The translations under genes were made by a program, and so were the position numbers. Below the pieces are notes generated by a model. It saw only the letters and a program-made list of their open reading frames with translations, was not told the origin of the DNA and made no database searches. A stretch of DNA of 63,381 nucleotides, counting the filler, from Actinomycetota bacterium (GTDB lineage Bacteria; Actinomycetota; CADDZG01; JAHWKV01; JAOPZY01): assembly GCA_025963875.1 (NCBI GenBank). It is 5 parts of 5 records of this genome, joined end to end, with 100 filler letters (N's around TTAATTAATTAA, not from the genome) between each part and the next. Parts side by side here need not be neighbours in the genome. Positions count along the whole stretch, not along the records: positions 52,453 to 60,444 come from JAOPZY010000081.1; positions 60,545 to 63,381 come from JAOPZY010000123.1; 3 more parts are not named here. One strand, written 5' to 3'. Positions 53,073 to 62,747 of the stretch are shown here, piece by piece; positions within the stretch are counted from its first letter, which is position 1; the number at the start of each line of letters is the position of its first letter.

Positions 53073-53806
53073 GCTTGTCCGGGAAGGTCGCCCTGGTCAC
53101 CGGCGCCGCTTCGGGCATCGGCCTGGCCACTGCCCGCCGCCTGGCCCGCGACGGTGCCCGGGTGGCCATGGTGGACCGCGACAAGAACGCCCTCGCCGAC
53201 GCGGTCGTCGGCGGCGAGGATCCCATTCGGCTCTGCATCGACGTCGCCGAGCGCGGCCCGGTGGCCGCCGCGGTGGCCGAGGTCGCCGACGAGTACGGCG
53301 GCATCGACGTCCTCGTCAACAGCGCAGCGATCGTCGAGGACTGGGGCCTGCCGGCCGACGTCCCCGCCGACACCTGGACGGAGGTGCTGGCCATCAACCT
53401 GCTCGGCACCGTGAACGTCTGCAACGCCGCGATCCCGTTGATGGGGCAGGGCGCCATCGTCAACACCTCGAGCATTTGCGGCACGGCGAGGGCCTGCGCG
53501 ACGCGGGCGCCGTACGACGCCGCCAAGGCCGGGATCGTCGCCTTCACCCGCGATCTGGCCGCTGCCTACGGACCGCGGGGCCTCCGGGCCAACGTTGTCG
53601 TCCCCGGCTTCATCGACTCCCCGATGTCCCGGCGCCTCGTCGAGGGCCACGAAGAACGTGCCCGTGCCGAGCAGCAGCGCATCCCGCTGCGGCGCACCGG
53701 CCACCCGGAGGAGGTCGCCGAGCTGACTGCCTTCCTGGCAAGCGATGCCGCTTCATACCTGACCGGAACGGTGATTTTCGTGGACGGAGGATTGAGTCTT
53801 GTGTAA
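53069..53806 (+). CDS. SDR oxidoreductase (putative ketoreductase)
   Basis: TGAASGIG, YDAAK, PGFIDS, VDGG. Confidence 0.92.
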   Translation: MSLSGKVALVTGAASGIGLATARRLARDGARVAMVDRDKNALADAVVGGEDPIRLCIDVAERGPVAAAVAEVADEYGGIDVLVNSAAIVEDWGLPADVPADTWTEVLAINLLGTVNVCNAAIPLMGQGAIVNTSSICGTARACATRAPYDAAKAGIVAFTRDLAAAYGPRGLRANVVVPGFIDSPMSRRLVEGHEERARAEQQRIPLRRTGHPEEVAELTAFLASDAASYLTGTVIFVDGGLSLV

Positions 53807-53810
53807 GTCG

Positions 53811-55085
53811 ATGAGGCGGGTAGCGGTCACCGGCTTGGGAGTCCTGGCGCCGAACGGTTGCGGTGTGGGGAAGTTCTGGGAAGCCCTCACCGAGGGGGCG
53901 CGGGCAGTCTCGAGGATCAAGGCCTTCGACCCCTCGGGTCACGCCTCCCAGATCGCGGGGCAGATCGACGAACTGCCGGCTCTCGGGCCCCAGGCAGGGA
54001 GCCAGCTCGGAGGCCATGACCGGTTCGTGCGCCTCGCTCTCGGCGCTTCGGAGGAGGCCCTCGACGACAGTGGGATCGAGATCGCCGCCATGGAACCCCG
54101 GAGAGCCGGAGCCTGCATCGCGAACGCGATTGCGGGGACGCGGCTCATGGCCGAGCACTTCGCCGACCTCACCGATGCGGGCAGCGGCCCCCTCGACCTG
54201 GCGGACGCTCACCGCTTCCTGCATCAGGCCGCGACCTTCAACACCGCAAGCGCCACGGTCTCGGCGGCGTTCGGGCTCGAGGGTCCCTGCGTTTCTGTCA
54301 TCACCGGATGCACCGGTGGGAACGACGCCGTGGGCTTCGCCGCCGGCGTTATCCGCAGGGGTGAGGCCGACGTCATGCTTGCGGGCGCGGCGGAGGCGCC
54401 GATCACACCATTGGTCCTGGCGTGCTTCGATGTGATCGGCGCCCTTTCCCGCCGCAACCACGAGCCGGAAGCCGCCTCGTGCCCGTTCGACCGCGGCCGC
54501 GACGGGTTCGTTCTCGGCGAAGGTGCGGGCGTGCTCGTGCTGGAGGAATGGGAGCACGCACGCCGGCGGGGCGCGCACATCTACGCGGAGATCTCGGGCT
54601 ACGGGACCACCTGCAGCGCGCACCACATGACGGATCTCGCCCCGGATGGGGCTGCCCTCGCCCGCTCGATCGATCTGGCCCTGGCCGACGCCGGCTGCTC
54701 CACCGAGCGGCTCGGGTACGTCAAGGCCCACGGCAGCTCCACCCGCCAGAACGACGTGTGCGAGACCAACGCGATCAAGCGCTCCCTGGGGCACGACGCG
54801 TACGTGGTGCCCGTGAGCTCCATCAAATCCATGGTGGGCCACGCCCTCGCCGCCGCCAACGCGATCGAGCTGGTGGCCTGCGCGCTGGTGCTCGAGCACC
54901 ACGTGATCCCCCCGACGATGAACCTCTCCGAGCGGGACCCCGACTGCGACCTCGACTATGTGCCCAACGCCGCCCGGGAAGGCCGCGTCGAGGCCCTCGC
55001 CAGCCTTTCCAGCGGGTTCGGTGGCATCCACAGCACCGTGGTCATGGAAGGCCTGCGAAGCAGGGAGCGCGGCCATGCCGCGTAG
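53811..55085 (+). CDS. Type II PKS ketosynthase (KS-alpha)
   Basis: TGCTGG catalytic Cys, AHGSSTRQND, KSMVGH, DPDCDLDYVPN, SGFGG. Confidence 0.9.
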   Translation: MRRVAVTGLGVLAPNGCGVGKFWEALTEGARAVSRIKAFDPSGHASQIAGQIDELPALGPQAGSQLGGHDRFVRLALGASEEALDDSGIEIAAMEPRRAGACIANAIAGTRLMAEHFADLTDAGSGPLDLADAHRFLHQAATFNTASATVSAAFGLEGPCVSVITGCTGGNDAVGFAAGVIRRGEADVMLAGAAEAPITPLVLACFDVIGALSRRNHEPEAASCPFDRGRDGFVLGEGAGVLVLEEWEHARRRGAHIYAEISGYGTTCSAHHMTDLAPDGAALARSIDLALADAGCSTERLGYVKAHGSSTRQNDVCETNAIKRSLGHDAYVVPVSSIKSMVGHALAAANAIELVACALVLEHHVIPPTMNLSERDPDCDLDYVPNAAREGRVEALASLSSGFGGIHSTVVMEGLRSRERGHAA

Positions 55086-56337
55086 GGTCGTGGTGACCGG
55101 CATCGGCATGGTGACCCCCGGGGGCATGCACCCCGGACCCCTCTGGGAGCGCCTGTGCCAGGGATCTCCCGGCGGGGCCGCCATCCGCCGATTCGACGCT
55201 ACGCCCTTCACGGTGTCGGAAGCGGGCGAGGTCGACGAGGACCTGCCCCTTCCCTTGCCTCCCCGCCTCACGAAGCGCATGGACCGCTACTCCGTCCTCG
55301 CCATGGCGGCCGCGCAGCTCGCGCTCGACGACAGCGCCCTCGACGTTGCCACGGAGGACCCGGATGGGGTCGGGATCTCCATCGGGAACATGTACGGGGG
55401 CTGGGGGATCACCGACCCGAGCCTTCGCGGGCTGCTCCAGGAGGGCTACGCCTCCGTGAGCCCCTACGTGGCCTCGGCGTGGTTCCCGACGGCGCCGCAG
55501 GGCCAGATGTCGATCTTCTGGGGCCTCCGCGGGTACGCCAAGACGATTGCCGCCGACACCGCGAGCGGTGCGGCTGCCATCGGCTACGCCGCGCGGGCCA
55601 TCCAGGACGGGCATGCGGACGTCATGCTCGCTGGCGGAGCGGAGGCCCCCGTCACACCCTACGCCTACGCCTTCTGCCAGGTGAGCGGCCGCATGGGCGA
55701 TGCGTACCGGCCGTTCGACCGCAGGGCGGAGGGGTTCCGCGTCGGAGAGGGAGCGGCAATCCTCATCCTCGAGGAGGAGGAACGAGCCGCTGCGCGCGGA
55801 GCTAGGACGTACGGAGAGGTGGCGGGCTGGAGCACCGGCCACGTCGGAGGGCCGGAGCCCTGGCCCGACGGCGACCGGCGCCTCGCCGAGGTGGTCGAGG
55901 AGGCCCTCGGAGAGGCGGGCATCGCCGCCTCGTCCCTGGACTACGTCGGACTGGACGCCCAGGGCGACCGGCGCGCCGACCGTGCCGAAGCGGCGGCCCT
56001 GGCCGGCGCGGGAGGGAACGGGCTGCGTGCGCTCTGCACCACGTGCAAGCCCGGGCTCACGAATCTCCTCGGCGCCGCAGCCTCGGCCGAGGCCGCCGTG
56101 GCTCTCCTGGCGATGCAGCGGGGGGAGATCCCCCCCATCGCCGGGTGCGACGAACCCGACTCCAGCGTTGAGCTGGACCTGGTCACGGGGAGCTGTCGCA
56201 CCGCGTCACTGCGCCATGCCCTCGTGGTGGCGCGGGGGGCCGACGGCGTCCGGGGGGCACTCGTGCTGAAGGGCAGTCCCGGAGCAGGCAACAACCGTAC
56301 ATGGGGCGTGTACGGGGGTGCGTACGGGGGCGCGTAG
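55075..56337 (+). CDS. Chain length factor (KS-beta), divergent
   Basis: KS fold without the Cys/His/His triad; SPYVASAWFPTAPQGQMSI; coupled to the KS. Confidence 0.85.
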   Translation: MPRRVVVTGIGMVTPGGMHPGPLWERLCQGSPGGAAIRRFDATPFTVSEAGEVDEDLPLPLPPRLTKRMDRYSVLAMAAAQLALDDSALDVATEDPDGVGISIGNMYGGWGITDPSLRGLLQEGYASVSPYVASAWFPTAPQGQMSIFWGLRGYAKTIAADTASGAAAIGYAARAIQDGHADVMLAGGAEAPVTPYAYAFCQVSGRMGDAYRPFDRRAEGFRVGEGAAILILEEEERAAARGARTYGEVAGWSTGHVGGPEPWPDGDRRLAEVVEEALGEAGIAASSLDYVGLDAQGDRRADRAEAAALAGAGGNGLRALCTTCKPGLTNLLGAAASAEAAVALLAMQRGEIPPIAGCDEPDSSVELDLVTGSCRTASLRHALVVARGADGVRGALVLKGSPGAGNNRTWGVYGGAYGGA

Positions 56338-56354
56338 GAGGAAAGGGGCGAGCG

Positions 56355-57125
56355 ATGAGGGAAGCCGAACGCCTGGTGAGCGAGGCGCTGTGCCAGGCAG
56401 GGGTTGCAGAAGAAGAGATCCGTCCGGACGCGGCGTTGAAGGCCGACCTGGGGGTGGACTCGGCGGAGCTCGTGGAGGTGCTTGCCATCCTCCGCCGTCG
56501 GACGAATGCGAGCATCCCGGCGCAGGCGATCAAGAAGGTCAGGACCGTCGAGGAACTGATCGGATTGGTCGAGGCCTCGAGGGTGACGGCGGGGCTGCCA
56601 AACGGGGAGAGCAACGGGAACGGGCATCGCGCCCTGCATCACACGGAGCACGCGATCAGCATCGAAGCCTCCGTGGACAGGGTCTACGGCATCCTTGCCG
56701 ACCTGAAGGGATACGAGCGGCTGTTCCCGCCCACACAGTCCGTGGAGATCCTTGACGAGGGCTCCGGATACCAGGTCGGGCGGTTGGTGGTGGATGTCGG
56801 CGGAAGACTGCAGTCCTGGGTCACGCGCCGGGAGCTCGATGCGCAGCGGGCCCTCATTCGGTACCACCAGATCGAGACCGCCCCGCTGATCGGCCACATG
56901 AGCGGGGAGTGGCGCTGCTACCCGCTCGGAGCGTCGTCGACCCAGCTCGTGCTGACCCACGACTTCGTCGTGCGCGAACCCCTCAACGGCAGGGTCGCGG
57001 GCCTGCCCGTCGAGCAGGCGGAAGAGGCACTGAGCGGCGCGGTCGAGCGCAACAGCCACGCCGACCTGGCGGCCGTCAAGGCCGAGGCCGAGCGGATTGG
57101 AGCAACCATGCCATGCCCAATCTGA
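56355..57125 (+). CDS. ACP fused to ZhuI-like aromatase/cyclase
   Basis: DLGVDSAEL ACP motif; SRPBCC domain with FPPT, SWVTRR, GHMSGEW, LTHDF, ERNS. Confidence 0.85.
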   Translation: MREAERLVSEALCQAGVAEEEIRPDAALKADLGVDSAELVEVLAILRRRTNASIPAQAIKKVRTVEELIGLVEASRVTAGLPNGESNGNGHRALHHTEHAISIEASVDRVYGILADLKGYERLFPPTQSVEILDEGSGYQVGRLVVDVGGRLQSWVTRRELDAQRALIRYHQIETAPLIGHMSGEWRCYPLGASSTQLVLTHDFVVREPLNGRVAGLPVEQAEEALSGAVERNSHADLAAVKAEAERIGATMPCPI

Positions 57126-57859
57126 TCGACCTGAGCGTGCCCGTCTCACCCCGGGGCAGCGAGGCGACACCCGTGCGGGTCAAGCCCGTCGCTCATGGGG
57201 ATGCGCCCGGCCTCGTCGGGCTCTGCCCCGGCGATTTCCCTGGCGGGATGGGCGTCTCGACCGAGGTCGTCGAGCTGACGACCCACACCGGGACCCACCT
57301 GGATGCCCCTCTCCACTACGGGCCCGTCTCCGGAGGCCTGCCGGCCCGCTCCGTGTCGGAGGTCCCCCTCGACTGGTGCTACGGGGAGGGCGTCCGGCTG
57401 GATCTGCGCGACCGCGGTCCGGGCGAGGCCATCGAAGCCGCGGACATCACCTCGGCTGCCGACCAGGCGGGCGGGATCGCTCCGGGTGACATCGTGCTGG
57501 TCTGGACCGGCTGCGACCGCCTCTGGGGGAGGCCGGAGTACCTGACCGACCACCCCGGGCTCACCGCGGGAGCGGTGGCCCATCTCGTGGAGCGGGGCGT
57601 GCGCGTCGTGGGCATCGACGCGTGGGGTCTCGACCGGCCGATCCGCTCGATGCTCGACGATTACCAGCGGACCGGAGACTCCGCCGTGCTGTGGCCTGCC
57701 CACCTCTACGGTCGCAGCCGGGAGTACTGCCAGCTCGAGAAGCTGGCCAACCTCGGGAGGCTCCCGGGGCCGCGCGGCTTCCGGGTCGCGTGCTTCCCGG
57801 TCAACGTCGAGGGGGCGGGCGCGGGATGGGCGCGCGTCGTCGCCATGGTGGGGCCATGA
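57113..57859 (+). CDS. ZhuJ-like second-ring cyclase
   Basis: SEATPV, THTGTHLDAPLHYGP, GIDAWGLDRP, LWPAH, QLEKL. Confidence 0.87.
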   Translation: MPNLIDLSVPVSPRGSEATPVRVKPVAHGDAPGLVGLCPGDFPGGMGVSTEVVELTTHTGTHLDAPLHYGPVSGGLPARSVSEVPLDWCYGEGVRLDLRDRGPGEAIEAADITSAADQAGGIAPGDIVLVWTGCDRLWGRPEYLTDHPGLTAGAVAHLVERGVRVVGIDAWGLDRPIRSMLDDYQRTGDSAVLWPAHLYGRSREYCQLEKLANLGRLPGPRGFRVACFPVNVEGAGAGWARVVAMVGP

Positions 57860-58584
57860 CCAGCTCCTGCCCGGTGCTGGGGATCGGCATCGACGTCACG
57901 GGGTTGTGGCGGTGGCGCTCGCTGCTGCTGCGGGAGCCGGATGTCGTCGACGTTGCCTTCTCGGAGCAGGAGCGGGCCTGGGTGCGGGGCATGCCGGAAC
58001 GAGCGGCGCTGCAGTGGGCAGCCAAGGAGGCGGCCGTCAAGGCCCTGGGGTGTGGCTTCGGCCCCGCTGACTGGCAGGACGTCGTCGTGGACCTGGCAAC
58101 CTCGCCGCCCGCGGTGCAGATATCTCCGCGCCTGCGGGTCGATCTCGGCCTCCGCCGCTACCGGATGGTCGTGCGGGCCGGGCTGTCCCGTCGAACGCCG
58201 CCGATCGCGATTGCCCTGGCAGCGGCCGTTGCGATGCCGCCGCACGGGTCGGGGGCAACCCCGGCGCAGCCGGGGCAGACCCTGCCAGTGGCAGTGGCGC
58301 TGGAGCGGGCACCGGCCTCGGGGCCGCGGGTTGCCGTTCGATGCGCCGAGCGAGGAGCCGCCGTCCGCGCCGTCCAGCGGGGGCTCGCCGCCCTGGGGGA
58401 GACCCGGCCGTATGTGCTCGACAGGAGCCCGGACGGCAGGCCCCTCCTCCAATCGGACGCGGCCGGCGAGGCGCCACTGGTCTCGATCGCCCATTGCAGC
58501 GGCTGGGCCGCGGCCGCCGTGTGCAGGGGAGCGGTGGGCGTGGCGGGAGAAGACCCACTCGGGGCTGGAAGGGAGGCCGCGTGA
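57856..58584 (+). CDS. 4'-phosphopantetheinyl transferase
   Basis: GIGID, WAAKEAAVKALG; C-terminal DGRP...SIAH. Confidence 0.8.
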   Translation: MTSSCPVLGIGIDVTGLWRWRSLLLREPDVVDVAFSEQERAWVRGMPERAALQWAAKEAAVKALGCGFGPADWQDVVVDLATSPPAVQISPRLRVDLGLRRYRMVVRAGLSRRTPPIAIALAAAVAMPPHGSGATPAQPGQTLPVAVALERAPASGPRVAVRCAERGAAVRAVQRGLAALGETRPYVLDRSPDGRPLLQSDAAGEAPLVSIAHCSGWAAAAVCRGAVGVAGEDPLGAGREAA

Positions 58585-59606
58585 AGGCCGCCGTGGCGCC
58601 AAGGGCGTCATCGACCACGCCACTGCTCAGCCGCCGCCTCACGGTGAGTGGCCCGTTCGAACTCGCCCAGGCCCTGGCCTTCCTGCGAGGGTTCCTGCCC
58701 GCCGGCGGCTCCGCCTCGGGCCCGTGCGGGTCTGCGTCGGGCCGGTCCGGGGGCGATTGCTACCGGGCTGCCCACGTGATCGCCGGCCGGCCCCTCGCCA
58801 TCGAGGTGTCGCAGGACTCCGACGGGCTGCTGCTGCGCCTCGCGGGGGCCGGGGCCTCCGCCGCCCACCTGTTCGAGGCAGAGGAGCTGACCCGGCGGGT
58901 CTTCAGCCTCGACCTGGACGGTGCCCTGTTCCAACGACAGGTCGGGAAGGCCGACAAGGTGATCGCCGGCCTCCAACGCCGTTTCCCGGGCCTGCGGCCC
59001 GTTCTCTTCTCAACCCCGTTCGAGGCTGCATGCTGGGCGGTGCTCAGCCAGCGGACCCGGATGTCGCAGGCGGCGCACCTGCGGTCGAAGCTGGTCGCGG
59101 CCCTGGGTCCGAAGGTGATGATGGATGGCCACGAGCTCACCGCCTTTCCGGCCCCCGAGCACGTGCTGGCCGCTGGCGGTGCGTTGGCCGGGGTGGTCGG
59201 TGTCTCCGAGGTGAAGGCGACCCGCATCCAGAGGCTTGCCGAGCGCGGCGAGCGCGGCGACTTCGACCCCCGCCTCCTTCGGGAGATGAGAGATGAGCGC
59301 GCGCGGGCCTGGCTGGAGCAAAGCCCAGGCATCGGCGCCTGGACCAGCGAGTTCGTGCTCATCCGGGGCGTGGGGCGCCCCGACCTCCTCCCGCGTGGCG
59401 AGTGGCGGTTGCTGTCTGCGGTGCAGCGCTACTACGACCTGGCGGAGCGTCCGACCTTCGAGGACCTCGAGCGCCTGAGCGGGGGCTGGGAAGGGTTCCG
59501 GAGCTGGGCGGCCTTCCTGCTGCGGGCGGCGCTGCACATCGACACGCGGGGGATCGGTGCCGGCGGCGCGGAGGACCCTTCGGCGGGTGGCAGGGGGCGG
59601 CCGTGA
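58581..59606 (+). CDS. AlkA-family DNA-3-methyladenine glycosylase
   Basis: PGLRP..F.TPFEA..WAVLSQ, AFPAPE, HhH PGIGAWTS, WEGFRSWA. Confidence 0.88.
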   Translation: MKAAVAPRASSTTPLLSRRLTVSGPFELAQALAFLRGFLPAGGSASGPCGSASGRSGGDCYRAAHVIAGRPLAIEVSQDSDGLLLRLAGAGASAAHLFEAEELTRRVFSLDLDGALFQRQVGKADKVIAGLQRRFPGLRPVLFSTPFEAACWAVLSQRTRMSQAAHLRSKLVAALGPKVMMDGHELTAFPAPEHVLAAGGALAGVVGVSEVKATRIQRLAERGERGDFDPRLLREMRDERARAWLEQSPGIGAWTSEFVLIRGVGRPDLLPRGEWRLLSAVQRYYDLAERPTFEDLERLSGGWEGFRSWAAFLLRAALHIDTRGIGAGGAEDPSAGGRGRP

Positions 59607-60444
59607 ACTCCCCGTGCGTGTTCCTGTTCCCGGGCCAGGGGAGCCAGCACCCCGGGATGGGGGCCGACCTGTACGACGCGTCGGACGTGGTACGGGACTG
59701 CATCGACAACTGCGGTCGGGCCGCAGGGGTCGATCTCCCCGGTGCCATGTTCGGAGCCGGCGGTGCCCTCGACGATCCGTGGATTGCCCAGCTCGCCATC
59801 TTCAGCTTGTCGGTGGCGATTGCCCGTCACCTGGAAGCGGCGGGCATCCGTCCGGTGGCGGTGGCGGGCCACAGCCTTGGTGAGTACGCCGCGCTCGTGG
59901 CCGCGGGCTGCCTGCGGCTGGACGAGGCCATCCTGCTGGTGAGCCTTCGCGGGCAGGCGACGGCGAGGGCGAGCCGGCGGCGCCCCGGGACCATGGCGGC
60001 GATCCTCGGCCTCTCGGCGCTCGAGGTCGAAGGCATCTGCAAGGCAGCCCGGCCTGCGGGAACCGTGGTGGCCGCGAACTACAACGCTCCGACCCAGACC
60101 GCCGTCTCGGGAGACGAGGTGTCCGTTCGCCTCGTGGGGCGGCGAGCAGAGGAGGTGGGCGGCGTGGTCATCCCGCTGGGTGTGGCGGGCGCCTTCCATT
60201 CGGCCCTCATGGCCGAGGCCGAGGCCGAGCTTGCTCCGGCCCTCGGTTCGGCTGCACTGGGAGTGCCGAGGTCGATCATGGTTTCGAGCGTGACCGGCCG
60301 GGCGGTGGCGTGCCTGGAGGAGTATCGGCCCCTGCTTGCCCGGCAGATGACCCGGCCAGTGCGCTGGACGGATGCCGTCGCCACGCTGTTGACGCTCCAG
60401 CCCTGCACGTTCCTGGAGACCGGTCCTGGGTCGGCCCTGCGGGG
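59603..60444 (+). CDS. fabD: Malonyl-CoA:ACP transacylase (partial)
   Basis: FPGQGSQ, GHSLGEY, AFHS, PVRW. Confidence 0.9.
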
Positions 60445-60544
60445 NNNNNNNNNNNNNNNNNNNNNNNNNNNNNNNNNNNNNNNNNNNNTTAATTAATTAA
60501 NNNNNNNNNNNNNNNNNNNNNNNNNNNNNNNNNNNNNNNNNNNN
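60445..60544. other. Artificial contig linker
   Basis: N run with TTAATTAATTAA. Confidence 0.98.
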
Positions 60545-60546
60545 AG

Positions 60547-61392
60547 CACGGCGGCGAGGAGGATCCCGCGACCGCCCTCGGCCAGTGGGAGTTCCACGAC
60601 CTCCTGTTCCACAGCCGGAGCCGGCTGGGCCGCCGGCGGGACCCGTACGGCGGCACGAATCGCTTCCGGGGCGTCGTCGACCCTCCGGTCGCCGTGAAGG
60701 CTCCCATGACCGGTGACCTGGAGACGCTTCCCCAGCGCGATCCGGGTTCCCCCCCGTCCGGCCCGCTGGGGGACGTGCTCAAGCGGCGGCGCTCGGTTCG
60801 CAGCCACGCGCCCGCACCTCTGACCCGGGCGCAGCTCGGCGAGTTCCTCCACCGCGCCGCGCGCTCCAGGGGCACCGTCGCCACTTCCTACGGGGAGCTG
60901 ACGAGCCGTCCCTACCCCAGCGGGGGAGCCCTCTACGAGCTCGAGATCTACGCCGCCGTCGACCGCTGCGAGGGCCTCGGCTGCGGCCTCTACCAGTACC
61001 TCCCGGAAGAGCACGGGCTCGTCCGGCTCTGCGGCCCCACCCCTGGCGTCGAGCGCCTGATCGAGGATGCCTACCTCTCGATCGATCGCGTGAGCCGCCC
61101 GCAGGTGCTCCTGGTGCTGGCGGCCCGCTTCCAGCGTGTCTCCTGGAAATACAGCTCGATGGCCTACGCGCTCGTGCTCAAGGATGTGGGGGTGATGATG
61201 CAGACGATGTACCTGGTCGCGACTGACATGGGGCTCGCCCCCTGCGCGTTGGGCGGCGGCAACGCCGACCTCTTCGCAGCCGCAGCCGGCCTGGACTATC
61301 TGGAGGAGGGCTCCGTCGGGGAGTTCGTGCTCGGCACCCCGGACGGAGAGCCGCTTGGGGTCGGTCCGTCCGTCGAGGTGCCCGCGCCATGA
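60547..61392 (+). CDS. SagB/ThcOx-type azoline dehydrogenase (partial)
   Basis: WEFHDLLFHSRSR, RRRSVR, RPYPSGGALYELE, WKY..MAY...LKDVG. Confidence 0.88.
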   Translation, partial: HGGEEDPATALGQWEFHDLLFHSRSRLGRRRDPYGGTNRFRGVVDPPVAVKAPMTGDLETLPQRDPGSPPSGPLGDVLKRRRSVRSHAPAPLTRAQLGEFLHRAARSRGTVATSYGELTSRPYPSGGALYELEIYAAVDRCEGLGCGLYQYLPEEHGLVRLCGPTPGVERLIEDAYLSIDRVSRPQVLLVLAARFQRVSWKYSSMAYALVLKDVGVMMQTMYLVATDMGLAPCALGGGNADLFAAAAGLDYLEEGSVGEFVLGTPDGEPLGVGPSVEVPAP

Positions 61393-62747
61393 GAGTTCTT
61401 CTCGTCTACCCGAACTGCGACCGTGAGGTCATGGCGTGGGGCGACATGGGGGCGATCGCGGAGCCCCTGGCCCTGGAATACGTCGCGGCCGCCTGCGAGC
61501 AGGCGGGGCACGACGCGATGATCCTCGACCTCCGGCTCCATCCCGAGCAGCTCGAGCTGATGCTCTTCGCGTACCAGCCCGACGTCGTCGGCGTCACGGG
61601 CTACTCCATGCACGTGATCCGCAACCTCGAGGTGCTGGCCCGCGTCAAGGAGATCCGGCCCACGTGCCACACGATGGTCGGTGGCCATCATGCGACGCTG
61701 CTGCCGATCGACTTCCAGGGGCCGCAGGTGGACTTCGTCGTGGTGGGCGAGGGCCTCCACCCGCTGAGGGCGATCCTGGCAGCGGTGGCGGAGGGACGGC
61801 GGTCTCCCTCCGTCCCATCGGTGTGGACCAGGTGCGGGGACGAATTCCGGTGGGGCGGGGAGGGCGAGGGCTTCGACATCGACGACATCCCCTTCCCGAA
61901 GCGCAGCCTGACCTCGGAGGACCGGCACAGGTACTACATCGACTGGATGCGGCCCATCGCGCTCCTCCGGACGACGGTGGGATGCCCCTTCCGCTGTTCG
62001 TTCTGCGCGCTGTGGAAGATCATGGACGGCAAGTACTACCGGCGGGAACTCGAGCCCGTCGTGGAGGAGATCGGCGGCGTCGCGGAGCGGTACGTCTTCC
62101 TGGTCGACGACGAGCCGTTCGTCAACGTCCCGCGGATGCGCCACCTGGCCGACATGATCAAGGCCGCCGACCTTGGGAAGGAGTACTTCGCCTACTGCCG
62201 GATCGACTCGTTCCTGCGTGACCGCAACCTCATGGAGCGGTGGCACGAGGTCGGACTCCGACGGGTGTTCTTCGGCATCGAGGCGATCGACGACGTCGAG
62301 CTCGACGACTACAACAAGCGCCAGCGGCGGGAGCAGATCACCCAGGCCCTGACGGCCGCCCGGGAGATCGGGGTTTCGGTGCTGGCGAATTTCATCGTCA
62401 AGCCCGGGTACACGGCCGACGACTTCCAGCGGCTCGTGGACTTCATCGACGAGAACGGGGTGGAGTATCCGACGTTCACCATTCTCACTCCGATCCCCGG
62501 CACCTCGTTCTTCGATCTCCAGTACGACGAGATCCTGCACCGGCAGGCGAATGGCCGGCCAAACTGGGCCTACTTCGACCTTCAGCACGCGGTCACCAAG
62601 ACGGCGCTGAGCCCCGAAGCCTTCCTGCACGAGTACCGGGGTCTGCAGCGGAGGTTCGCGACCTCGTACCTGCAAGCCGGACACCCGATGTACGAGGAGT
62701 TGCAGGCCACGGGCCGCATGCCCGGGCCGGGGGCGGTCGAGCGATGA
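61389..62747 (+). CDS. B12-binding radical SAM enzyme
   Basis: EPLALEYVAA, GGHHAT, CPFRCSFC, LTPIPGT. Confidence 0.92.
   Translation: MRVLLVYPNCDREVMAWGDMGAIAEPLALEYVAAACEQAGHDAMILDLRLHPEQLELMLFAYQPDVVGVTGYSMHVIRNLEVLARVKEIRPTCHTMVGGHHATLLPIDFQGPQVDFVVVGEGLHPLRAILAAVAEGRRSPSVPSVWTRCGDEFRWGGEGEGFDIDDIPFPKRSLTSEDRHRYYIDWMRPIALLRTTVGCPFRCSFCALWKIMDGKYYRRELEPVVEEIGGVAERYVFLVDDEPFVNVPRMRHLADMIKAADLGKEYFAYCRIDSFLRDRNLMERWHEVGLRRVFFGIEAIDDVELDDYNKRQRREQITQALTAAREIGVSVLANFIVKPGYTADDFQRLVDFIDENGVEYPTFTILTPIPGTSFFDLQYDEILHRQANGRPNWAYFDLQHAVTKTALSPEAFLHEYRGLQRRFATSYLQAGHPMYEELQATGRMPGPGAVER

Noticed and set aside
56305..56337. 12-bp repeat encoding YGGAYGGA at the CLF end
   Set aside because: Short slippage in a non-conserved tail
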